Shown here piece by piece: positions 17,322 to 26,827 of a stretch of 38,135 nucleotides of DNA. The translations under genes and the position numbers were made by a program. Source of the DNA: Chthonomonadaceae bacterium. Lineage in GTDB: Bacteria; Armatimonadota; Chthonomonadetes; Chthonomonadales; Chthonomonadaceae. The notes under the pieces were generated by a model. It was given only the letters and a program-made list of their open reading frames with translations. It had not been told where the DNA came from and did not search any database. The stretch spans positions 1-38,135 of the forward strand of contig JAYVOT010001068.1 in the NCBI GenBank assembly GCA_043757795.1, given 5' to 3'. The stretch's first letter is position 1. Every line of letters begins with the position of its first letter.

Positions 17322-17702
17322 GCGTCAGTGTTCCTCCTAAAAGTGGGTTCGCCTTTCGGCATTAGGGAGACAATTCGCCCTGCTCAATCAAAAATCCTGT
17401 ATTGCCCGAATCATCCTTGATTTGACGTTGTCGGCAACTCATCCCGCTCTCAAGGCGCATATCCCGAAGTCCTGCTTCGAATCCTGATTAACTCCTACCT
17501 GCTCTACTAGTCCGGAATTTTTGAATCATTCTAATACACGGAATTTCAGTCAGGAGACACTGAATTAAATCCAACAAGCGCATGTTGGCAGTCGTGGGAA
17601 CTGCGCCGGAGCGTCCATTCGATCCAGTATATCCTGTCTAAATTTAGGAGTTTATGTTCTTTATAAGGCAGTGGGTTAGAAACCTGTTTTTGGCGCATCT
17701 TC

Positions 17703-18080
17703 TTATCTGGGAGGTTCTATTATTCGGAGGAAAGAGTCATCCATAACAGCGCGTGCTATTTTATTTTGAAAACGTTTGTCGTCTGGCTTGTCATCTTCTT
17801 CTCTTTTGTTTACCAATACAAATACTACTTTATACTGGCATTGAGTATGATTACCCACTATGTAAAATCTGTGCCGTCCACGCCTGTATTTTTTGACGTT
17901 GCTAATTTTTAAGGAAGACCAGTCACTAACGGTTTTGAGCTTTGAGCCTAATGCTTTCCCTTCTTCAACGGTATCTTCATCTGCCAGTCGTGCTATGTCT
18001 AGCACTAGGTTAGACTGTCCAAGTCTGCAAATTTCTACGATGCTCTTATTCGCAGTGGGGTTACTTAGTAGTTGGCACAC
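17703..18080 (-). CDS. RelE/ParE-like putative toxin (125 aa from GTG; the track ORF starts at TTG 18113)
   Basis: C-terminal YRRGRHRFYIVG...YKVVFVLVNKRE pattern is RelE/ParE-like by eye. GAGGAAGGTG SD precedes GTG 18080. Overlaps the upstream gene by 20 nt. Confidence 0.6.
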   Translation of the reverse strand: MCQLLSNPTANKSIVEICRLGQSNLVLDIARLADEDTVEEGKALGSKLKTVSDWSSLKISNVKKYRRGRHRFYIVGNHTQCQYKVVFVLVNKREEDDKPDDKRFQNKIARAVMDDSFLRIIEPPR

Positions 18081-18582
18081 GAATGACACCTTCCTCTGAT
18101 AGGGAATTTTCAATTAACAATTGGAAGTCATGTGAAGACTCAAGTTCAGCATCTTCGAAATCGTCAATATTGATACGGCGAATATTGAATTGAGCCATTT
18201 TTCGTAGGAACGAAAGAGCGCCTGATATTTGACCGTAAGACAAAGTAGGTAATTCGGTCTTGATTTGGTCGTAGCCAATATATTCGTCAAGTATTTCAAC
18301 GAATTTGTACAAGAAAACGGGTTGATTGTCACTCCCTAAAATATATGGTAAACACCCTGTTTGCGGATTAATTACTATATCTCCTCCACAATCCTCACTC
18401 ATATGCGTATAAAACGATATTATATTAGCAGTCGCAAAATGAGTGTTAAATGAATCAATTTTTTGTGAATCAAGAACAGTTGTAACCGCCTTGCTGATAA
18501 CTCCTAAATCAATAAATCTAGGCGCTTTAAAAGTGGTAATTTGTTCATACTGATAGGGTGGTTCGTTTTGCAACGGATTCAT
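18061..18582 (-). CDS. DUF433-like domain protein (173 aa), putative antitoxin or adaptor
   Basis: IVINPQTGCLPYILGSDNQPV...YDQIKTELPTLSYGQISGALSFL matches my memory of the DUF433 pattern. ATGA overlap with the upstream gene. Confidence 0.7.
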   Translation of the reverse strand: MNPLQNEPPYQYEQITTFKAPRFIDLGVISKAVTTVLDSQKIDSFNTHFATANIISFYTHMSEDCGGDIVINPQTGCLPYILGSDNQPVFLYKFVEILDEYIGYDQIKTELPTLSYGQISGALSFLRKMAQFNIRRINIDDFEDAELESSHDFQLLIENSLSEEGVIRVPTTK

Positions 18583-18905
18583 TTTTGCGATGCTTTCAAA
18601 TGTTCGTGCGCTTCTGGCGTAAGCAAGTCCTCTGGTGATTTGATCACGCCGAATAATGCTTCGTATTGACTTAAAGCGTCATTCAAACTCTTGGCAAGCC
18701 TTTTAACATGTCCTGGGGTCATGTATACTCGCACCAATCCCTGAGCCACTGCTGGAGTTTCAGGATTCATCAGCCCATAGCGAACAACTATTTCATCCGA
18801 TGATATTGCTATACTATTAACATTAGCATAAATAGACGGTTCGGTTGGTGTTGGTGTAATTTTTGTTTCGGTTAAAGAAAGACGGGCATCAGGTTGATCA
18901 CTCAT
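18579..18905 (-). CDS. DUF3467-like small protein (108 aa)
   Basis: GGAG is 6-7 nt before ATG 18905 (MSDQPD...). IYANVNSIAISSDEIVVRYG...RVYMTPGHVKRLAKSLNDALSQYEALFG resembles DUF3467. The track start at 18968 is less likely. Confidence 0.7.
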   Translation of the reverse strand: MSDQPDARLSLTETKITPTPTEPSIYANVNSIAISSDEIVVRYGLMNPETPAVAQGLVRVYMTPGHVKRLAKSLNDALSQYEALFGVIKSPEDLLTPEAHEHLKASQK

Positions 18906-19231
18906 GACACACTCCAAATAGAATACATTAAGTATTGGATTGACTACTTTATATCTTGAGATACACACAAATCATGCCAATCTACCTCATAAATTATGAC
19001 ACAACAATTGTATATCTTCATATACGATTGAAAGCAGGACTCAACCCAACAATGAATAGGGAGGTCAATTGACCTCCCTATTCATTGTTGGGTTGAGTCC
19101 TGCTTTCAATCGTATATGAAGATATACAATTGTTGTGTCATAATTTATGAGGTAGATTGGCATGATTTGTGTGTATCTCAAGATATAAAGTAGTCAATCC
19201 AATACTTAATGTATTCTATTTGGAGTGTGTC

Positions 19232-19558
19232 ATGAGTGATCAACCTGATGCCCGTCTTTCTTTAACCGAAACAAAAATTACACCAACACCAACCGAACCG
19301 TCTATTTATGCTAATGTTAATAGTATAGCAATATCATCGGATGAAATAGTTGTTCGCTATGGGCTGATGAATCCTGAAACTCCAGCAGTGGCTCAGGGAT
19401 TGGTGCGAGTATACATGACCCCAGGACATGTTAAAAGGCTTGCCAAGAGTTTGAATGACGCTTTAAGTCAATACGAAGCATTATTCGGCGTGATCAAATC
19501 ACCAGAGGACTTGCTTACGCCAGAAGCGCACGAACATTTGAAAGCATCGCAAAAATGA
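19232..19558 (+). CDS. DUF3467-like small protein (mirror copy of 18579..18905)
   Basis: Exact reverse-complement copy. Not independent evidence. Confidence 0.7.
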   Translation: MSDQPDARLSLTETKITPTPTEPSIYANVNSIAISSDEIVVRYGLMNPETPAVAQGLVRVYMTPGHVKRLAKSLNDALSQYEALFGVIKSPEDLLTPEAHEHLKASQK

Positions 19559-20076
19559 ATCCGTTGCAAAACGAACCACCCTATCAGTATGAACAAATTA
19601 CCACTTTTAAAGCGCCTAGATTTATTGATTTAGGAGTTATCAGCAAGGCGGTTACAACTGTTCTTGATTCACAAAAAATTGATTCATTTAACACTCATTT
19701 TGCGACTGCTAATATAATATCGTTTTATACGCATATGAGTGAGGATTGTGGAGGAGATATAGTAATTAATCCGCAAACAGGGTGTTTACCATATATTTTA
19801 GGGAGTGACAATCAACCCGTTTTCTTGTACAAATTCGTTGAAATACTTGACGAATATATTGGCTACGACCAAATCAAGACCGAATTACCTACTTTGTCTT
19901 ACGGTCAAATATCAGGCGCTCTTTCGTTCCTACGAAAAATGGCTCAATTCAATATTCGCCGTATCAATATTGACGATTTCGAAGATGCTGAACTTGAGTC
20001 TTCACATGACTTCCAATTGTTAATTGAAAATTCCCTATCAGAGGAAGGTGTCATTCGTGTGCCAACTACTAAGTAA
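19555..20076 (+). CDS. DUF433-like domain protein (mirror copy of 18061..18582)
   Basis: Exact reverse-complement copy; the protein is identical in the track. Confidence 0.7.
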   Translation: MNPLQNEPPYQYEQITTFKAPRFIDLGVISKAVTTVLDSQKIDSFNTHFATANIISFYTHMSEDCGGDIVINPQTGCLPYILGSDNQPVFLYKFVEILDEYIGYDQIKTELPTLSYGQISGALSFLRKMAQFNIRRINIDDFEDAELESSHDFQLLIENSLSEEGVIRVPTTK

Positions 20077-20434
20077 CCCCACTGCGAATAAGAGCATCGT
20101 AGAAATTTGCAGACTTGGACAGTCTAACCTAGTGCTAGACATAGCACGACTGGCAGATGAAGATACCGTTGAAGAAGGGAAAGCATTAGGCTCAAAGCTC
20201 AAAACCGTTAGTGACTGGTCTTCCTTAAAAATTAGCAACGTCAAAAAATACAGGCGTGGACGGCACAGATTTTACATAGTGGGTAATCATACTCAATGCC
20301 AGTATAAAGTAGTATTTGTATTGGTAAACAAAAGAGAAGAAGATGACAAGCCAGACGACAAACGTTTTCAAAATAAAATAGCACGCGCTGTTATGGATGA
20401 CTCTTTCCTCCGAATAATAGAACCTCCCAGATAA
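20057..20434 (+). CDS. RelE/ParE-like putative toxin (mirror copy of 17703..18080)
   Basis: Exact reverse-complement copy. Confidence 0.6.
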   Translation: MCQLLSNPTANKSIVEICRLGQSNLVLDIARLADEDTVEEGKALGSKLKTVSDWSSLKISNVKKYRRGRHRFYIVGNHTQCQYKVVFVLVNKREEDDKPDDKRFQNKIARAVMDDSFLRIIEPPR

Positions 20435-20815
20435 GAAGATGCGCCAAAAACAGGTTTCTAACCCACTGCCTTATAAAGAACATAAACTCCTAAATTTAGA
20501 CAGGATATACTGGATCGAATGGACGCTCCGGCGCAGTTCCCACGACTGCCAACATGCGCTTGTTGGATTTAATTCAGTGTCTCCTGACTGAAATTCCGTG
20601 TATTAGAATGATTCAAAAATTCCGGACTAGTAGAGCAGGTAGGAGTTAATCAGGATTCGAAGCAGGACTTCGGGATATGCGCCTTGAGAGCGGGATGAGT
20701 TGCCGACAACGTCAAATCAAGGATGATTCGGGCAATACAGGATTTTTGATTGAGCAGGGCGAATTGTCTCCCTAATGCCGAAAGGCGAACCCACTTTTAG
20801 GAGGAACACTGACGC

Positions 20816-22207
20816 ATGTCAGATAAGAGACCCAATATCGTGCTGTTCGGAATAGACAGCTTGCTTGCAGACCACATGTCTTGCTACGGTTATCATCGGC
20901 AAACGACGCCGCATATTGATCGATTCGCGAAAACTGGAACCCTATTTGAACGGAATTTCAGCCCTCACATCCCCACGACTAGCGCCTACGCCTCCATGTT
21001 GACGGGTCGGGACGCTTTCGGGACGCACGTAGTGGCGCTCCGGCATCAGGGTCCGTTGAGGGCGGAGGTCAAAACGCTCCCGGAGATTTTGCGAGAGGCG
21101 GGATACGCCACGACGTGCGTCGGATTCACGGGCAATCCGAGTTCGCGCGGCTTCGACAAGTACCTGGACTATCCAAGTTGGGGAAGCTGGAACGAGGGCA
21201 GAAGCCCGAAGGCGGAGAGCTTGAACGAAACGGCGTTGCCGGAATTGGACAGGCTTGCCGCAGGCGAAGCGCCTTTCTTTCTCTTCTTGCGCCACATGGA
21301 TCCGCATGCGCCCTATCTGCCCCCCGCACCTTACGAACGAATGTTTTATCACGGAAACGAGAGCGATCCCGCCAACAAAAGCATGGAACCGGTGATGAGT
21401 TTCAAGCCCTTTCGCGATTTTTTCGCAAGTTGGATGCCGCCCGGAATTAGCGACAAAGACTATGTGATCGCGCAATACGACGGCGCTATCGCCTATATGG
21501 ACGCATGCATTCAGCGTATATTCACCGCTCTCGAAACGCACGGAATTCTCGATGAGACTATTGTGGTTTTGAACGGGGATCACGGGGAAACTCTTTACGA
21601 CCACGATTGCTGGTTCGATCATCATGGGATTTATGACAACACGCTTCATGTCCCGCTCATCATTCGCTATCCCGGCAAAGTTCCCGCCGGCAAACGAGTG
21701 TCTGGTTTTTCGCAACACAAAGACCTTGTTCCCACCTTGCTTGAGCTTGCCGGAATCGAGTGCGCTGAGAAGTTCGAGGGCGTTAGCCTGATTCCGTTGG
21801 CAAACGGCGAAGTCGCTTCGCATGAAAGCGAATTCTACATTACCGAATGCACCTGGATGCGAAAGCACGGCTGGCGCACTCCTCATTGGAAACTGATTGT
21901 CGCGCTTGAGCCGGATTTCCACTTCAAGCCGGAGGTCGAACTCTACAATTTGATTGAGGACCCGGCGGAGAACAGCAATTTGGCGGCGTCGCAACCGGAA
22001 GTAGTCGCCCTGCTAAGAGGAAAGATGGAGGCGTGGATCGCAAAGAGAGAGGGCGAGGAAGGGATCGTCAACCCGATGCTCACGCAGGGGGATTGGCATG
22101 GGCACACGGGAGTCGGCCCCTTCAATACCTCCCAACAAGCCTACGATACGATGCATATCGGTGACCCGGGCGCCGCCGCAAAGTTGCAAGCCGAGAGCCG
22201 AGAGTAA
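20816..22207 (+). CDS. Sulfatase-like hydrolase/transferase (mirror copy of 15930..17321)
   Basis: Exact reverse-complement copy; the protein is identical in the track. Confidence 0.9.
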   Translation: MSDKRPNIVLFGIDSLLADHMSCYGYHRQTTPHIDRFAKTGTLFERNFSPHIPTTSAYASMLTGRDAFGTHVVALRHQGPLRAEVKTLPEILREAGYATTCVGFTGNPSSRGFDKYLDYPSWGSWNEGRSPKAESLNETALPELDRLAAGEAPFFLFLRHMDPHAPYLPPAPYERMFYHGNESDPANKSMEPVMSFKPFRDFFASWMPPGISDKDYVIAQYDGAIAYMDACIQRIFTALETHGILDETIVVLNGDHGETLYDHDCWFDHHGIYDNTLHVPLIIRYPGKVPAGKRVSGFSQHKDLVPTLLELAGIECAEKFEGVSLIPLANGEVASHESEFYITECTWMRKHGWRTPHWKLIVALEPDFHFKPEVELYNLIEDPAENSNLAASQPEVVALLRGKMEAWIAKREGEEGIVNPMLTQGDWHGHTGVGPFNTSQQAYDTMHIGDPGAAAKLQAESRE

Positions 22208-22487
22208 TGCAACGTTCAAGTCTGTGAAGACGAGACAATTGGCGGAGCGCTATTGAGACGGGGATTGAAAACCCTCGTCCAGTCAATGGGCGTCCTTCGG
22301 ACACGGGAGCGCCGGAGGCGCTTGCATCGCGGCCGAAGGACGCTATGCGGAACGCCTTCGAGCCGTGTAATTTGTTGCACGGAGACAAAACGCCAGATAT
22401 CCGGGTAATTTATTGCCCGGCTCTCGCTAGTGACAGTCGGCAAAAATTCGCTATATCTGTCTACATGAGGCGTAGCCCCGCGAGATA

Positions 22488-23321
22488 TCAGAGCGCGAAA
22501 TCCGCGCTCAACGATTCCGCCTCCCACTCCTGCAAGTCTCTTTCTATCGCCCTCATCTTGTTTCGCGCTTTGTCCATCGCATATTTTCCGAGGAAAAGCC
22601 GAGAGGGAGCCTTGCCGTCCTTCACCATTCGCACGATGATCTCCGCCGCTTTTTCGGGATCGCCCTGTTGCTTGCCGTCTATCGACTCCAATATTTTTTG
22701 GAACTTGCCGCTTGTTCTGGTGTAGTCCGGTAGCTTGACCTCAGTTTTATCAAGCGACCGTGAAATGAAGTCTGTGCGAAAGGGACCCGGCACGACGACG
22801 GTGACCTTAATTCCCAATGGCGCGACTTCCTCTTTCAAGGCATCTGATGCGGAGTCGAGAGCCGCCTTTGCGCCTCCGTAGACGCTGAAACCGGGATGAT
22901 TTTCGAAGCCTGCGATAGCGGACATGTTGATGAAATGTCCGCTTTTTTGTTCCCTGAAGATCGGGAGAACGGCTCGCATCACGCGCAAGGTTCCGAAGAA
23001 ATTAGTTTCAAAACTGCGTACTATCTGTGCCTCGTCATACTCCTCAAGCGCCCCGATTAGCCCGTAACCCGCGTTATTCACGACAACATCGATACCACGG
23101 TATATTTCTGCGGCCTCTGAAACAACCTTTTTCACCTGCTCCGGATTCGTCACATCTAATGTCATCGCGGTTAGACTGTCCGGGTGCAATTCGGCAAGTT
23201 CGTTTAGCGATTCGATGTTGCGAGCGGTCGCTATCACCTTATCTCCCGCCTCCGCCGCCTTTAAAGCTAACTCATATCCGAACCCTGACGAACATCCCGT
23301 GATCAACCAAATATGGCTCAT
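22488..23321 (-). CDS. SDR family oxidoreductase (mirror copy of 14816..15649)
   Basis: Exact reverse-complement copy. Confidence 0.92.
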   Translation of the reverse strand: MSHIWLITGCSSGFGYELALKAAEAGDKVIATARNIESLNELAELHPDSLTAMTLDVTNPEQVKKVVSEAAEIYRGIDVVVNNAGYGLIGALEEYDEAQIVRSFETNFFGTLRVMRAVLPIFREQKSGHFINMSAIAGFENHPGFSVYGGAKAALDSASDALKEEVAPLGIKVTVVVPGPFRTDFISRSLDKTEVKLPDYTRTSGKFQKILESIDGKQQGDPEKAAEIIVRMVKDGKAPSRLFLGKYAMDKARNKMRAIERDLQEWEAESLSADFAL

Positions 23322-23683
23322 ATGTCACTCCTGCGTTAGTAGAATACAGTTAATACGAACGAGATTGCCTGGTCGTCTACTTCGGGAAGTCGATGTGAGC
23401 AGGCTTTTGTGGGCTAAGGCAACGCTCCAAAATAATAGACTCAATTATACTGGCAAAATTCACGTAGTCCGGCGCTTTGAACCCGGATTGCATGAGAGGC
23501 GGCTGAAATATGCGGCAATCAAATTCCCAGGGTGTTAAAACTCTGATACTGTAGCGCTTCGCGCTGTCTGTGCATCGCAAACGATCCGGAAGCCTCCCTC
23601 CTGTGCGAAGCGCTGACAGTGATACGCCGCCGAGAGCGGGAATTTATCTCTGGGAATCCTGTTTACAAAGGATAGCGAATGTC

Positions 23684-23714
23684 AAAAAAAGCGCCGCAAT
23701 CGAGCGCTTTTTTT
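23684..23714. terminator. Orphan bidirectional terminator-like hairpin (mirror of 14423..14453)
   Basis: Exact reverse-complement copy. Confidence 0.4.
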
Positions 23715-23903
23715 GGCGTTGTTTTAGCCTTTTCGATGAGATCGAGAGGCGTTTTTCCAAAAGCTAATCGTCCTGAACAGGAAGGATAAACCGGTAAACC
23801 TGTCTAATTTGTCACGGGGTCGGATGCAAGCAGCAGGACGAGTTGCGAGCGCAAGGCATATAATGACATTTTAGGATGTTTCAATTTCCGGAAGGAGACA
23901 GCA

Positions 23904-24428
23904 ATGAGCGGAATAGAGAGTTCCAACAGTTTGCGGGTTGCGATGGAGGCGTTTTTGGAGTCGTGGGATCGGCATGTTCGCATATTGGGAAATCTTTGCA
24001 AAAGGGTCGGCGAAGCAGAGAAGGGTTTCAAGGCGGCGCCCGACGGCTCAACGATTAGCGAGTATCTTTGCCACATTCACCAGTGTCGCTATGGCTGGCT
24101 CAAGGAAGTTTCCGCGAAGAGCGTCGAGCCTCTGGGAGCAACATATACAAATGACGGGGACGATTGGACGGCGATCACGGACTTAAATGAGATCAAAAAG
24201 CAACTCACCTTGAGCGGCAAAGCAGTCGGCGACGTGGTGCGGGAACTGATCGATTCGGGAGCGACGCAAGCAGGTCCCTATGACCACCCGGCTTTCTTCC
24301 TGCAACACATGCTCTGGCATGAGAGCGGACACTACGGCGTGATGACTCTTGCGTTTCGCGTCGCCGGGCAAGAGCTTGACGAGGAGTGGGAGGAAGAGAA
24401 CGTGTGGGGCGTGTGGCGAAAAGAGTAG
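23904..24428 (+). CDS. DinB/YfiT-like protein (mirror copy of 13709..14233)
   Basis: Exact reverse-complement copy. Confidence 0.7.
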   Translation: MSGIESSNSLRVAMEAFLESWDRHVRILGNLCKRVGEAEKGFKAAPDGSTISEYLCHIHQCRYGWLKEVSAKSVEPLGATYTNDGDDWTAITDLNEIKKQLTLSGKAVGDVVRELIDSGATQAGPYDHPAFFLQHMLWHESGHYGVMTLAFRVAGQELDEEWEEENVWGVWRKE

Positions 24429-24524
24429 GGGCGTTTGGCGCGCCCGCCGTTGTTGACGTTGGGGCAAAAACCCGACTATATAAGCGCCCGGCGCGCCTTG
24501 AAAATACTCCCGATATGCAATCTC

Positions 24525-24556
24525 GTCCCTCCTCCCGAAGCTTCGGCAGGAGGGAC
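24525..24556. terminator. Palindromic hairpin (mirror of 13581..13612)
   Basis: Exact reverse-complement copy. Confidence 0.5.
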
Positions 24557-24576
24557 TAGGGGATGAGGGAAACCGC

Positions 24577-25632
24577 CTATCCCTCCTGCTCCTCATAGCG
24601 CAAGATGCTCAGTTGAGCGGCGAGTTGGGAGGCGATCTCCCGGAAGCGTTTCGCGGAGTCGCCCTCTTTGTCGCTCACAGTCACAGGTTGTCCGGCGTCG
24701 CCGCCCTCGCAAATCGTAGAATCGAGGGGAATACGCCCCAAGAACGGGACTTTCAGGCGCTCAGCCGCGCTCTCCCCGCCGCCTGTTCCGAAAATCGAGC
24801 CGCTCATATTCTCGACGATCCCCAGAATCGGGATCGATTTTTTCTGAGTCTGCTCCAACATTCGAAACATCAAAATCGACTTGTTTGCGATCTCCTGCGC
24901 TACCTGTTGGGGGGTCATCACGATGACGACGCCGGAAAGAGGGACGAGTTGCGCGAGCGACATCGGGGCGTCGCCCGTGCCGGGAGGAAGATCCACAAGG
25001 AGGTAGTCTTGTTCGCCCCATAGCACGTCGCCGAGGAGTTGTCGGACGGCGCCTGCCACCATTGGTCCCCGCCAGGCGACCGCTTTATCCGGTTCGAGCA
25101 GGGATCCGAGCGACATCGTCAGAACGCCGTGCGCCAATAACGGGACGATCTTCGTTCCCGTTTCAGTCTGAGTCATCAGCGGGCGTTGCTTGTTTCCCAT
25201 CATCAGCGGAATCGTAGGTCCGTAAATGTCCGCATCCAAAAGCGCGACTTTTGCGCCCGTCTGCGCGAGGGCGACTGCGAGATTAACGGAGAGTGTGCTT
25301 TTGCCGACGCCCCCCTTTCCGCTTGCGATCGCGATGACATGCCGAACTCCCGGCAACATCTCCTCTGCAGGTCCGGTTCGCCCCTGCACGCGAGCGGTCA
25401 TTTCGATTTCGACGCGCTCGACTCCAGGGAGCGCCGTCACCGCATCGTGCGCTTGATTTTTCAACAAGTCTTTCACCGGACAGGCGGGCGTCGTCAATTC
25501 GATCTTGAAGGAGACGAATCCTCCTTCGATCAAAACGTCTTTCACGAACCCCAGAGTTACGATATCTTTATGCAGGTCGGGGTCTTGAACCGCTTTCAAA
25601 GCCTCCCGAACCTGCGCTTCAGTCACAGTCAT
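24577..25632 (-). CDS. apbC: Mrp/ApbC Fe-S cluster carrier ATPase (mirror copy of 12505..13560)
   Basis: Exact reverse-complement copy. Confidence 0.93.
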   Translation of the reverse strand: MTVTEAQVREALKAVQDPDLHKDIVTLGFVKDVLIEGGFVSFKIELTTPACPVKDLLKNQAHDAVTALPGVERVEIEMTARVQGRTGPAEEMLPGVRHVIAIASGKGGVGKSTLSVNLAVALAQTGAKVALLDADIYGPTIPLMMGNKQRPLMTQTETGTKIVPLLAHGVLTMSLGSLLEPDKAVAWRGPMVAGAVRQLLGDVLWGEQDYLLVDLPPGTGDAPMSLAQLVPLSGVVIVMTPQQVAQEIANKSILMFRMLEQTQKKSIPILGIVENMSGSIFGTGGGESAAERLKVPFLGRIPLDSTICEGGDAGQPVTVSDKEGDSAKRFREIASQLAAQLSILRYEEQEG

Positions 25633-25665
25633 GTCGTTCCATTCTTCGCGTAGTGCGATTGTCAG

Positions 25666-26313
25666 CTACCATTCAAACTCTATCGTCTTCAAAAAAGCGC
25701 GTGCGATGACCATCGTTCCGATGGGGTTGGGATGCACGCGATCCCAACTGAGAGTCGCCGGGTAAAACGTCTTCAAAACTTCGTCGAACGCCGCTTGCGT
25801 ATCGACGAAGAGGGTTCCATGCTTTACAGCCAGCTTCCGAACGATCTCGCCGTACTCGTCCATTGTCGCCCGCATCGCGTCGCTCTTGTTCGGCTCAATG
25901 TAGAAGGGAGTCATCAGGATCATGCCCTTGACGAGCGGCAAGGTTTCGACGACGAGCGCCTCCAAAGTCTCTTCGTACTCTTTCGGATAGACGTGCAACT
26001 CCTTTTGCCAGGGCAGATCATACTGCCGCCACACGTCGTTGACGCCGATGCAGATGGAGAGCCAATCCGGCTTGTGCGCGACCACGTCGGCGTGCCACCT
26101 GTGCTTCAAGTCCCGAACGGTATTGCCGCTATTTCCCATATTCACGACTCGTATCCCCAGCTCCGGGTGAGCGACTCCGAGCAAGGCGTTCACTTGTGCG
26201 ACGTAGCCCTTGCCAAGCGCGTCGAATAGCCCTTCGCCGGCAGGTCGTTCCCGCCCCGCATCCGTGATCGAGTCTCCGATCATCAAAAGTTTGCAATTCG
26301 GTGGGAGCTTCAT
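25666..26313 (-). CDS. SGNH/GDSL hydrolase (mirror copy of 11824..12471)
   Basis: Exact reverse-complement copy. Confidence 0.88.
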   Translation of the reverse strand: MKLPPNCKLLMIGDSITDAGRERPAGEGLFDALGKGYVAQVNALLGVAHPELGIRVVNMGNSGNTVRDLKHRWHADVVAHKPDWLSICIGVNDVWRQYDLPWQKELHVYPKEYEETLEALVVETLPLVKGMILMTPFYIEPNKSDAMRATMDEYGEIVRKLAVKHGTLFVDTQAAFDEVLKTFYPATLSWDRVHPNPIGTMVIARAFLKTIEFEW

Positions 26314-26827
26314 TGTCATCCTTTCATGCGTCAAAATTTCTGTTCAATACGATTTATTGGCGGGATATTCCGGATAAATACGATTCCATTTTCCAGATTC
26401 ATCACAGATACTTTATGTCGAGACGATCGGGTATCGGCAATTGACTTCCATTCAAGTCAGTGAAAGGGACAAGTAAAAACTTATCGGCTCTCGGACTCGG
26501 CTCGAGAAGAAGAACATAGTCCAGGAAGAGACGCTAACGAAATTGAAGAACGTGTTTCATTTTACCCTGTTTTCGCAACGCTCATTTTGAGGAGGTCCGC
26601 ATTTTGCCCCCAATTGCGGATTCTCTCCCAAAGCGCCGACAACCTTTTTAGTAGGAACCCAATGCATACTTTAAAACGTATAGGCAGAAGGGAAGTCTAA
26701 GGGTATACTGGTTTGGTTGCATTGATCGACTATCGTCCAACCTAGCTAATTTTCCCAAATCATTGTCCAATCCAATCGCCTCGCGCCCCTGAAGCGACGC
26801 CGATTTTTACTGAGGTATACGTCCATC

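Larger units (their letters stand above)
2..19068. repeat. Left arm of a window-spanning perfect inverted repeat (19,067 bp, zero spacer)
   Basis: Base x pairs with base 38137-x. Window start accgtccgtggtttag is the reverse complement of window end ctaaaccacggacgg. Every track ORF has a mirror partner with an identical protein. Centre is gaggtcaa|ttgacctc at 19068|19069. Confidence 0.97.

Noticed and set aside
17476-17484. TTCGAATCC, the tRNA T-loop consensus, in the gap between the sulfatase-like gene and the RelE-like gene. It could be a tRNA or a tRNA-derived att remnant.
   Set aside because: The flanking bases (cctgc / cctga) are not complementary on either strand and no acceptor or anticodon arms can be drawn. 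A 9-mer alone is too short to call a remnant.
19066-19071. The centre is CAATTG (an MfeI-type palindromic hexamer) flanked by TTGACC/GGTCAA, which could look like a specific resolvase or restriction site.
   Set aside because: Any zero-spacer inverted repeat must have a palindromic sequence at its centre. The hexamer is fixed by the three bases 'caa' and has no evidential value. It does not resemble the telomere-resolvase targets I remember.
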